Assembly (NCBI GenBank): GCA_044892525.1
Contig: CM097885.1
Coordinates: 8,930,001-8,994,000 of the forward strand
DNA from: Schmidtea polychroa
Lineage: Eukaryota
DNA length: 64,000 bases
Direction of reading: 5' to 3'
Below are positions 34,528-45,233 of the stretch, piece by piece. The notes beneath the pieces are model-generated. The model had not been told where the DNA came from, did not search any database, and worked only from the letters and a program-made list of their open reading frames with translations. How positions within the stretch are numbered: position 1 is the stretch's first letter; each line of letters starts with the position of its first letter. The position numbers and the translations under genes are program-made.

Positions 34528-36149
34528 AACTGATTTTTTTTTCAAAAATACATCAAATAAACAATATTAACAAAGTGCAAAACAACAAAAATATAAACAC
34601 TGAAATTAAATAAAATGATACAAATGCAAGAAGTATTTCAAGAAAACTGACTCAAACATAACAGAGAAACATAAAAAATTTACAATAACAGACTCGAAGG
34701 ACATAGAAAGATAGAATAATACTAAATTCTAGATGAAATTCCAGAACAGTTCTTAAAAATGGCGACATCCATCATAAAAGCCATGTAAATCAACAAAAGT
34801 TAGTAAAAATAAATAAATTAGTTTTGAAAATAAAAATTGGGAAAAAGAATTTAGGAAAAACAACATCCAAATAAAAATTAACTTAAATTTAATATAGAAT
34901 GTTCTGGAATTGCTCCAAATCCATCATGGAGGTAAATTTAACAAAAAATAATTAAAGAATAAAAATTTAAAAATAAAAATAAAAATTATGGCACTAAAAT
35001 TGCCATTAAAATCATCAAAAATAGAAAATAGAAAATTCTAGAATAAAAAGAATTCGGGTTTGTTTTAATGCATCAATACATACACGTGTACTTGCACACA
35101 CAAAAATATATACCAACGCATTTCAGTCACAAAAACACTCTTTATGCCAAAAAAGTTTTTTTGTTACTATCTTGAAAAATTAAATCGGAAAGCAGCAGTA
35201 AGAATGTTATTTTGTTTGTTATTATATATTTATATCATGCTTAATAATATAAATTTGGGAGATGACTTTTAATTTTTTATTGAGTATGTAAGAGGGGTCA
35301 AAATTGATCTGAATATTCTTCGATTTTGATCCGTCTTACATCCAAGTCATTAAAGTACAACGTCACTGAGCACGCAGCCTTGACGTATGCAGGTCACTGC
35401 CTGGCACGCACCTTTTTAATATACGTGACCGGGTCGTCGGAGGTCGTACCGACTCTGTGGTATAGGCCACTGGGTTCGTCGATGAATTAACTCTGGGTGA
35501 ACGAGTTCTTAGAACTCGTTATCGATATTATATTACGGTAGTATATTACCGATGTACATACACATTTGGGCTTGTCGAAGTGAGCACAGTGAGGTTACGA
35601 AAGCAAGCAACTTTCCTTAAATCGACTTTGTTTTCACGTATAAAATACATATAACCTGCACACTAAAAATCAACACGAATACAGTACACTAGGTATTAAA
35701 AACGGAGTAAAGCTCCAGACTCAAGTAATCACATTGTCTGATACAAATTGTAGTTGGTTAAATCTAATATTACTAAAGATGTCAATTTGTGCGTGGAACT
35801 TATAATGAAATATGCATTTCGGAGTGAGAATTGAAACTTAAAATGAGGTGCGATGAGTTGCCGATGATGACCATGACAAGTTCAGGGTTCCGAAATAATG
35901 AACAAATGATCACAGAAAGGACTAAACGTCGAAAACGAAAATTATGTCAGAAGAAAACAACTATAGCTTGGAACGCTACGAAATGGATATGCGCAATGCG
36001 GGAATCCACAATACATTAACTAAAATCAATTTTGGAAGTTCGAAATAATTCAAATGAAACCTTTTCCTAAATTATAAATCGGATACGAATAAATTCTAAA
36101 CTCGGTAATAATGTCATAGTTAACTTCTTAAATGAAGGTTTATTTATAA

Positions 36150-36510
36150 TCTTCTCTAATAATCTTATATTTAACTGCCTAAATAACGAGTTATTTATAA
36201 TTTTTCTAATAACTAAATAAAATAATTTCCCATATGTTTTATGCTTAACATTTCTTATGATTATACCTAACCCTTTTATAGTTGATTTTGTTCCTCATCC
36301 CTCTTATAATTTTATATGGTTAGAATTACTCAGCCATTAAATCTAGGACCTATCATGGTTACTTCAAATTTTGTTAAATTATACTTATTGAAATATCCTG
36401 CAAATCCCAAAAAATTCACCCACAATCCTTATCAAATTTAATGATTTTATTATACCAAGATTTATAAAGATTTATCATATTAATAGTACCTAAGTACCCA
36501 TTACCCATGT
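36150..36510 (-). mobile_element. Decayed Ty3/Gypsy pol fragment
   Basis: Minus strand gives YLGTI and FLGFAGYFNKY (cf. Gypsy RT FLGxxGYYRxF); heavily disrupted. Confidence 0.35.
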
Positions 36511-37149
36511 GGATAAGCCATTTATTTGTGTATATTTATACTAATAATTAATACTAATATATATATATATATATAAAGAAAATGGATTTGTGATTTTGGA
36601 TCATGATGTTTATGTGAAAAAAGTAAATGAAGTACTCTCAGGTTCTCAATTTTTAAAAATTGATACGTTTCGAAAAAAAAGGAGATTACTATGTTGTGTG
36701 ATTTGGTTAAAAATACTCATATTGATGAAGAGGTAGCAAAATTAATTCACGCAAAAGGTTCTCTCTTAACTGTGTTGGTAGTTGCGACTTGTTGCGTTTC
36801 TCGATTTAATTATACGTGTTTTATTTATTCTCAATGTATTGCGTACCTTACTTTATATTATTTGGTGTATGATCATATATTTAATTCAATTTGGTGCGGT
36901 TTTAATTCTATGTATTTCCGACTCATTAAAACAAGCTCTCAATTTTTGGTTCTAACCCAACAGCAGTTTTAACATAAAGCAAGAAAGTAATTAATCTATC
37001 AATACCAAAATTTGATCTGATCTAATCATTGTGGGTATGAGGAACAGTGTTGGTGCGGCATGTAGAAGATGAGACCTTCTTATCTCTTTCGCATGAGGTT
37101 TCCCAAATACATCTTTACGTGATTACTAAAAGATATTACATATTAGATA

Positions 37150-37597
37150 AGTAGATGGATGTGACACCGCCAGATCATGTCACCGCTAGATCACCTACCC
37201 CCCACCCCCCCCCCCCCCGACAGAAAAATTTTTTTAAAGATTTTTTTTTCAAGGTCAAATTTTTAACAAAGACAATGACTCATCAAGGTCATTGAAACAA
37301 AGAATTTTTTTTTGTTTTAATTATCGATTATTATTAAGTGATCTAGCGGTGACATACCATTTGACTTCCCAGAACTTTTTCAATTTTCAAAATTATTTAA
37401 ATATTTATACATCATTTTGAAGGCCAGGCAAAGATCTATCTTTTGAGCCATAGAAATAATTTTTATCATCAGTGGTACAAAAGTTATTAATTTTTTAGTC
37501 AGAGACTGATTTATGGTTAAAATTTTCAAAAATGTTCAAAGTTTACTAAGTAATTTGCGGGTGATTTGTCAATCATCCAATCAGGTACGACTTTGTT
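37150..37597 (+). repeat. Left TIR (~450 bp), followed by an (ATT)n tract to 37803
   Basis: Reverse complement matches 48402-49059 with few mismatches. Confidence 0.95.
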
Positions 37598-37679
37598 TAT
37601 CATTATTATTGGGAAAGATATTAACGCCCGCGCGGAATATTTTCAAAAATATTATTATTATTTTCAAAGTCTTAATCAA

Positions 37680-37803
<124 letters not shown>

Positions 37804-37884
37804 GGGTAATGCTCGCAAGGGTACTGGTCACGCTCAACAAGTCACAAGGGTATTATTAAACAAATCAACAAAACATACATTTAT

Positions 37885-38384
37885 TTAAACAATAAAATAA
37901 TGTAAAATTAACAAAGGTAAACTAAATATTGATGTACTACTATTCGCAGCAATATTGTTTGAAATTGGTAACGTCGAATTGATTTTCAGATATTCTATTG
38001 ATCCTTTGATTGTTTGAATTTCTCCTAATAATAATTCGATCATTTTAACAAATAATCATGCTTCTTATCAATAATTTTCATATTCTTTTTATTTTCAACA
38101 ATAGAGTTATTGAAAACTTCAATATGATCAATCAATTTAATTTTTATATTTTGTATATATGCAAATGATAGTTCATAACTGTTTTCTAAATTCTCCAATC
38201 TTTGAGATATTCTTTTTCCTGGATGCTTTGACCATTTTGGTTTGTCAAGAATATATAAAATATCCATCAACTTGGCTGTATTCGGACAAACACATATTGA
38301 TTTATTAAAAGACTCCACTGTTATTGTTGTATTGTGTGAGCACACACTCGTTATAATAATTAGCAATATGAATATAGTTTTCAT
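37885..38384 (-). CDS. Element accessory gene: signal peptide, coiled-coil-like middle, hydrophobic C-tail (one frameshift near 38043)
   Basis: MKTIFILLIIITSVCS signal-like N-terminus. Adding one A in an A-run continues MIELLLGEIQTIKGSIEYL...SIFSLPLLILHYFIV* (stop 37885-37887). Confidence 0.55.
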
Positions 38385-38489
38385 GGTGTATCAAATCAAA
38401 ACCTTTCTTTTACATTTATAGTCTATCAACCAATCAAAATCATACGGTATTAGTATAAATAAAACATCATATTTTAAATTATTGTAGAA

Positions 38490-39005
38490 ATGTCTCATTT
38501 TATGGAAAATCTTTTAAGCGAACTTATCAATAAGAATATTATGGAAAGCCTCAGTTTCCTGGTCGATCGGACCGAAAAGATTATAGAAGGAAATCATATT
38601 GATTATGAGGATGTGCTCAATTCCGAATGCCTCGAAACGAAAAAATTTTATTTTCATAGGATTTTTAACTGTCTATGCGACGAAGAGATGAAGTGGACCC
38701 GAATACTAGTAGGGTTCGCTTATATGAAGATCATAATCGAAAGAAGTTTATGGGACTCTGAACATTATTATCAGTGGTCTCAAGAAGTAATACTTTTATT
38801 AATATTTATTTTATTAATATTTATTTTCTAGATAATCAAATCAAAGTTTCAGCCATGGATTGAAGCCAATGGCGGATGGGGCGTGCTGAATCAACTCGCC
38901 AGAAATGCGAAGGAAATAGATCAACAGAAAATCAAATTTAAAAACTATTTAAAACTTGCAACAGGTGTTGCTATTTTGTATGTTTTATGCAGGTTTTTTA
39001 AATAA
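38490..39005 (+). CDS. Bcl-2 family protein (2 exons: 38490-38786, 38832-39005; 156 aa)
   Basis: BH1-like EMKWTRILVGFAY; 45-nt GT-AG intron; BH2 QPWIEANGGW; C-terminal membrane anchor LATGVAILYVLC followed by RFFK*. Confidence 0.85.
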
Positions 39006-39082
39006 AAATTAATATAGTTATTTTGTTTGATTTTTAAATAAAATTTTAAATAAATTTACAAACACTAATTAACTAAAATTTA

Positions 39083-39513
39083 TTAATTAACACATTCACA
39101 GTCATCATCTCCACATTTCATTATATTTTCAACGACATGATCAATACAATCATTCGTAATATTATCTTTAGGTTCATCTTTAGGTTCCTCTATAGGTTCC
39201 TCTACAGGTTCATCTATAGGTTCATCTATAGGTTCATAGATTTCCTCATCAATTTCTTGAGTTTCTTCCTCATCAATTTCTTGAGTTTCTTCCTCATCAA
39301 TTTCTTGAGTTTCTTCCTCATCATCAAATCCTGTATCTTGACTCTCAACTATCCAGCCGATATTTAAGGCATTTGTAATAGATAATATGTCCTCAATTTT
39401 CACACCAGCTATTTCTGCTAACTTTTCCAACAAAAAGTTGATTACAAATTCTAAATAATAAATAATTCGGTAATTAATTAATCATGTTAACCTTTTTCTG
39501 CAGTCATTTTCAT
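39083..39513 (-). CDS. Element accessory gene: acidic repeat protein (2 exons)
   Basis: Exon 1 39513-39492 (MKMTAEK), 41-nt GT-AG intron 39491-39451, then an open frame with (EEETQEID)x3, EPxDE repeats and a Cys-containing tail. Confidence 0.7.
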
Positions 39514-39640
39514 CACTTTAAAACTATATTATAAGTTTTTTTATAGATTTTCTTTGTTAAATTTGCATGTCATTTGCATTTATGTTGCAATTAATAAAGA
39601 GAAAAAACAAATATGACTAATACATTTATTAAATATAACA

Positions 39641-40051
39641 TTAAAATATTTGTGAAAGTCTAGCAGACATTATTTTCCAAATAGGAGAATATACATCATT
39701 ATTATCAACTTTATATCCCTGGATTGCAATTGTTATATACCAATTTTCATTTTCTTTGAAACTGATTTCATCAAAAGCATCATAAAATCTTGCATATCTA
39801 TTGTTGAACCATGCATGTTGATTACACGACAGATTCGAATCTATCCGTTTAAAAACATCATCAATAGTTTTGACATCAATCATTGAAAGCGTGCCGGATA
39901 AGAATTGAAATTTAGTTGGAATTAGCTTGACTGGTGCAACCAATTTCATATTGATTTCTTCTTTCAAAAAATACATTTTGTAGTTGTGGAACATTTGAAC
40001 TGGTTGTACCATTTCTTTAGGTTTTTCGGTGCTTGAAATTTTCTTGGTCAT
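39641..40051 (-). CDS. Element accessory gene, 136 aa; possible OB-fold ssDNA-binding protein
   Basis: Intact ORF with upstream CCAAT and TATA. C-terminal YITIAIQGYKV....YSPIWKIMS has the alternating beta-strand/aromatic pattern of T7-gp2.5-like viral SSBs (tentative). Confidence 0.55.
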   Translation of the reverse strand: MTKKISSTEKPKEMVQPVQMFHNYKMYFLKEEINMKLVAPVKLIPTKFQFLSGTLSMIDVKTIDDVFKRIDSNLSCNQHAWFNNRYARFYDAFDEISFKENENWYITIAIQGYKVDNNDVYSPIWKIMSARLSQIF

Positions 40052-40524
40052 CGTGAATAATGAATAAATTTAAATGTTACAGGGTTTTTATACCTTTGAC
40101 TCATGCCTATCAACCAATCAGATTATAGCATGTCTTTGTTTAAATTGCATTCAAAATGCATTGATGTTGCATTGTCACATGTTTTGTTATACGTTCTATT
40201 TACAGATTTATTATTTATGTGTTTTATTATTAATGTTTAAATTATTACATGTTTTGTTATATGTTCTATTTACAGATTTATTATTAATGTGTTTCATTAT
40301 TATTAATTTTTTTTACTATTATTTCTATTATTATTATTACTATTCATATTTCTATTATTACTATTATTATTACTATTCATATTTCTATTATTACTATTAT
40401 TATTATTATTTCTATTTCTATTATTACTATTATTATTATTATTACTATTACTATTATTATTATTTATTACTATTATTTATTACTATTTCAAATATAAAAA
40501 AACACAACAGATACAAAAATACAT

Positions 40525-40912
40525 TTATTCATATCCAAGATCTACAATCCGGGAGTAGTGAAACCTTCTCAGAGTTTTCACTAACTCCCATTCGACATAT
40601 CGCCAATATCGATCGGCACAGCATGAGCATCCGATGATGCATTGGTACTCCGGCTCCATTTGTTTCATAGTTCTGTTGATTTTGACATCCCATAAAAATT
40701 GGTGGAATACCTCCATGATTCTTATTTGGGTTGAATAAAAAATCAAATCAGGTATGATTTCCGGTTCCCGATCCTTGATTACTTCAGCAATTTGCGGATA
40801 ATAATATTTTATCCTATTGATCATTATTTCTAAATATTTTTCTAAAATAATAAATATAAAAAAATGTGAAAATAAAAATTTTAAATTTACCATAATCGTC
40901 AATATCTTTCAT
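40525..40912 (-). CDS. Element accessory gene of unknown function (2 exons, CxxxCxCC motif)
   Basis: Exon 1 40912-40891 (MKDIDDY), 49-nt GT-AG intron 40890-40842, in-frame exon 2 EKYLEIMINRIK...QCIIGCSCCADRYW. Confidence 0.65.
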
Positions 40913-41014
40913 GAGATTCGCGGCGCTCGGAATTTTGTACATAGTGAAATAAATGAATCCTAAACAAAAAACCGTTTGTTTAAATCAATCAATAACCAAT
41001 TAGAAATTAACCAA

Positions 41015-41452
41015 TTAGAAATCGACCAATGAAATTATCTCATTTCGAACATTGTCAACAAATTCTCTATACTCCAAATTTCTCAACCCCAACATGACAA
41101 CCTTTCCACTAGCAAACACGTTGACACATATAGGGTTATATTTTAATAGTCTTAGTGCCGGAAACAATTCCGGTTCAAACATACAATCACATTTTTTCGA
41201 CATGTTATATAGATTGATACTATGTCCCATATCCATAGTAACGGTAATTGATTGGATTATAATATTATTTATTCGATATTGTAATTTATTAATATCCAAA
41301 GGTTACTTACATCCCATGATTCTGCATTTACCAGTCTTGAAAAATATTATCGGATATTTCCCACTTCTATCGATAATTTGCTGGGGTTTCCCTGGTGGGA
41401 ACCTCATATTCGATACATCAAAATTTCCTCGATAATTTATATTTGCTAACAT
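41015..41452 (-). pseudogene. TATA-binding-protein-like gene with one in-frame stop (41303-41305)
   Basis: Repeat 1 YPIIFFKTGKCRIMGCK; repeat 2 IQSITVTMD...FEPELFPALRL...VNVFASGKVVMLG (cf. TBP YEPELFPGL...LIFVSGKVVLTG). Confidence 0.85.
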
Positions 41453-41551
41453 TATTAAATCATTTATGAAAATTATTCTTTATATACAAATTGAGCACGA
41501 GTTCATTAAATCATCGAATATAAACAAATACACATATATAAAATTTTTGAA

Positions 41552-42178
41552 ATGGAATTAAGAAATGATGCAGTATACCAAATCGTTGGTCCGAGTGGTA
41601 GCGGAAAAACATTATTTGTTTGTAAAATTACTAAAATCAAATTTATTCAAATCAAAATTCAACAGGATTTATTGGCATAGGGTGCTGATGAAGAACATGG
41701 ATTAACTCAATCAAGTTTCTGTAAATTAAAAAACATGAAAATTGTAAAGGGATTCGATAAAAACTGGTCCAGCCGATTAAAGAAAGGTGATGTCATTATT
41801 ATCGATGATTTGTATCAAGAAGCTAATAAAGAAAAAGATTTTAATAATTTATTTACAAAGATCAGCAGACATGTCGGTGTAACAGTTATTTTCATAACAC
41901 AAAATCTATTTCATCAAGGTGGGGCACATCGAACACGTAATTTAAATATACAATATTTAGTTATTTTCAAGAATCCTAGAGATGCAACAGTGATTGATTT
42001 TCTTGCACGTCAAGCATACCCTAACAATCGTAATTTTCTTATCAGTGCATTTCAAGATGCTACAAAAATACCTCATGGATATATATTTCTTGATTTCACA
42101 CAACAATGTCCCGATGATTTACGAGTAAAAACAGATATTTTCAACCCAAAAGGTGCCATGGTTTATAAACAAAGTTGA
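41552..42178 (+). pseudogene. A32/FtsK-like genome-packaging ATPase with compensating indels
   Basis: ATG 41552; Walker A GPSGSGKT; Walker B VIIIDD; FTKISRH..VTVIFITQNLF; YLVIFKNPRD; PHGYIFLD. A +1/-1 indel pair between ~41625 and 41682 leaves an in-frame TAG. Confidence 0.92.
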
Positions 42179-42196
42179 AAACCTCTATGAATAATA

Positions 42197-42723
42197 ATGT
42201 TTCTAAAAGCAAGGGTGAAAAATATTAGGAAATTAAGAAAAAGTATTAGAAAGAGTATTAAAGTTCCAAAAGTTCCACCAACAACTAGTTATACACCGTC
42301 TAAAAAACTTGTAACTGAAAATTTCTCTGCAATGAATCTTATTTCGAAAAATCCTAAACCTAAACGTAAAACTCGTAAAACCCGTAAAACCGGTAAAAAA
42401 GTAGTTAAAAATCATCGCAGTTTTCCATTTTTTAATGCATTGTTAAAGGCCCCGAGTATGAAAAGAATGAATATATTGCAATCATTCCCAAATTTTGTTG
42501 TCGATGATTTACTCAATATTATACTTAAGTAGTCAAAGGCAAAATTAAAATCAGTAAATCAAAAAAGCATTTATTGAGCAAACATAGGAAACCATTGTTA
42601 TCTTTAGTAAATAATAAAAATCGTAAGCAAATGAGGAAAATTATATATAAACAACAAGGTGGATTTATTGGTGCATTGATACCTCTGGCATTATCATTAT
42701 TAGGTGGAGTTACACAAACATAA
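42197..42723 (+). pseudogene. Basic core protein with an adenovirus pX-like C-terminus (frameshift ~42528)
   Basis: K/R-rich N-terminus. After restoring one A the frame continues VVKGKIKIS...KQQGGFIGALIPLALSLLGG*, an adenain-type GG|F site followed by a hydrophobic helix. Confidence 0.7.
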
Positions 42724-42784
42724 ACAATGGGTGCTAATCCTTCATTGCCCGACATTAAATTTAATTTTAAATCTTCTTGTTGTA

Positions 42785-43172
42785 ATGGAGAAGATTTGGA
42801 CGAACCCAGAAGACGAAGCCGGTTTCGGTGGAGTGGCAAAATTAAAGAAAAGAGTTCCGAATTCGAAAAAAGAAACCCAGAAGTGGTTATCAGATCAGCT
42901 TGCGTACAGTTTGAACAAACCAATGCGGAAAAGATTTCCAACAAGAGCGTATAAAACATTTGGTATTGACGATTTATGGCAAATGGATTTGATGGAGATG
43001 ATACCTTATTCGAAAATTAGCAATGGGAATAAATATATTTTAACATGTATTAATGTATAGAGCAGGTTTGCACGAGCAATACCAGTCAAGGCAAAATCTG
43101 CAGAAGTAATGTCCAAGGCAATTAATATTTTATTTAAAGATGGACATCCTAATAACTTGCAAACAGATTTAG

Positions 43173-43228
<56 letters not shown>

Positions 43229-43858
43229 TTAGGTAAAGAATTCTACAATAGTAAAGTTAAGCAAATCCTCGATAAACTGAAAATAAATCACTACTCGGTA
43301 CATTCTCAATACAAAGCTGCCCATGTTGAAAGATTTAATCGAACATTGAGAGATAGATTAAAGAAATTGTTCGTGCATCAAGGTAATAAAAAATGGGTAA
43401 ATGCTTTACCGAAAATAATAACAAGTTATAATCATTCATCACATCGAGGACTGAATGGATTGAGACCGGTTGATATTACATCAAAAACACCAGTATCTAA
43501 GAAATCTGTAAAAATTGCAAAACCTAAATATAAAGTCGGTGACCATGTTAGAATTAGTAAAATTAGTGCATCACCATTTATTAAAAATTTTGATACAAAT
43601 TGGAGTGATGAAGTCTTTGTAATTTCAAAAATAAATACTAAACAGAATCCTGTAATGTATGTAATCAAAGACAATGATAATAATATTGTACAGGGGAAAT
43701 TTTATGAGCAGGAATTACAAGTCATTCCTCCCCCAAAAGTATTTAGAATTCAAAAAATATTGAAAACTAAAAAGGTCGGTAAGGATAAACAATACTATAT
43801 CAAATGGCATGGTTATCGAAACCCGTCATGGATATCAGCAAAAGACCTAGTAAAGTGA
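42785..43858 (+). pseudogene. Retroviral-type (RVE) integrase with C-terminal chromodomain-like region; one in-frame stop and a 60-nt intron
   Basis: AGFGGVAKL; WQMD; TAG at 43058-43060; QTDLG|KEFYN; KAAHVERFNRTL; YNHSSHR; YKVGDHVRI; NWSDEVF; FYEQELQ; YYIKWHGY..SWI. Confidence 0.95.
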
Positions 43859-44872
43859 ATTTTTATACTATTTTGCCGAGCAATAGTTGTCCATTAATTC
43901 ATCCAGAAAATCAAGCAAGCAAATTCATCATCGAACTCCAAAACCCTATCTATTTGGATAATGACTGGGAAGTTGCTCTGTTGGATTTTACATTTGTATA
44001 CAATTTATTCCCAATCTATAGCAAATCAGTTATTGAATATAATAAGAAAGTAGCAGTAACGGAATATATTAGTGTTCTTATCGATAAAGATAGTTATAAC
44101 TTGACGAGTTCATCGAAATCAAGGAAACCTATAATTTATGATGATGGTCAATATTTATACATGAATTGCTTGAATAAGCCATTCGAAATTATATTTTCTA
44201 CAGTGGCTGATGCTAAACGTCTTGGATTTTCTGATTTACGTAATGTATTTAATGATACAGTCAAAAAAAAATCTCTCTACACTTCCAAAAACTAATAATT
44301 TAGTGGAATTCAAATTTAAGCTATCATACATTGAAATAACTGAGCATGCATATACTTTTAAAGATAATTTATATATTACAGACCTCGAACAATTACAATC
44401 TTATTTAGGTGAGAATTGTAGCGATATTTTAACAGTTTTTGAGCTTCAAAAAGATAAAGTATTTAGATTTAGTATAAATTCTAATCTTAGTCAAGTTAAA
44501 TTTGACTCAAATTTGACAAAAACATTAGGATTGACTAAACCAGTATGTACACAAAATGAACAAATTTGTGAAGGAACAAACAAACCGAAAATCCTTAAAC
44601 ATCATCAGCAAATGTTCATTTACAGTAATATCGTGGAACCAGTTATTGTTGGCGATTCTAGTGTTCCTTTAATGATATCTATATGGATTGAAAAACATGA
44701 TCAAGATGAAGTTGTACAAATCAATGTAGAAAATCCCATGTATTTACCTGTTTCAACATCTTGTATAAACAATATAGAAATAAATATAAGAGATGATTCT
44801 GATCAATTAATCGAATTTCCAAAAGGTTCAAAAACTCATTTGACATTACATTTTCGTAAAATAAATGGCTAA
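43855..44872 (+). pseudogene. Minor capsid protein (penton), frameshift in an A-run at ~44264-44272
   Basis: FYTILPSNS...WEVAL at the N-terminus; MFIYSNIVEPVIVGD...PMYLPV...IEINIRD...LTLHFRK at the C-terminus. The expected start appears as GTG overlapping the integrase stop. Confidence 0.9.
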
Positions 44873-45233
44873 TTCTGATATTATTAGTATGTATAGTGGT
44901 AGCCAATCTGGTGGTGAATTACCATATTTTATTGGTAAACAGTACGGATCAGGATGGTTGAGAACAATTGGAAGATTTGCCCTGCCTATTCTTAAACGTA
45001 TTGGTAGTTTTGGTATGAAAACTGCAAAAGATGTTATTATGAATGAACAGAAAATATTACCATCTCTAAAATCAAATGCTTTAGCTGAATTAGGGAAAGT
45101 TTTACCCGGGGTTGCAGGTATGTTTCAAAAAGAAAAACCTCCAGCTCCAGCTCATGCTCCAAAACGTAAAAGACATGGAATATCACGTATAAACAAACGA
45201 ATGAAAGGCCATGGAACTATATTTGCAAAATGA
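44865..45233 (+). CDS. Conserved Polinton virion/core protein (QxGG, QxGxG + amphipathic helix)
   Basis: QSGGELPYFIGKQYGSGWLRTIGRFALPILKRIG and a basic tail; lies between penton and hexon. Confidence 0.75.
   Translation: MANSDIISMYSGSQSGGELPYFIGKQYGSGWLRTIGRFALPILKRIGSFGMKTAKDVIMNEQKILPSLKSNALAELGKVLPGVAGMFQKEKPPAPAHAPKRKRHGISRINKRMKGHGTIFAK

Noticed and set aside
41230..41311. GTAAGT donor that could splice out the TBP stop codon
   Set aside because: The next AG would delete the conserved IQSITVTMD strand of repeat 2; a point nonsense mutation is simpler.
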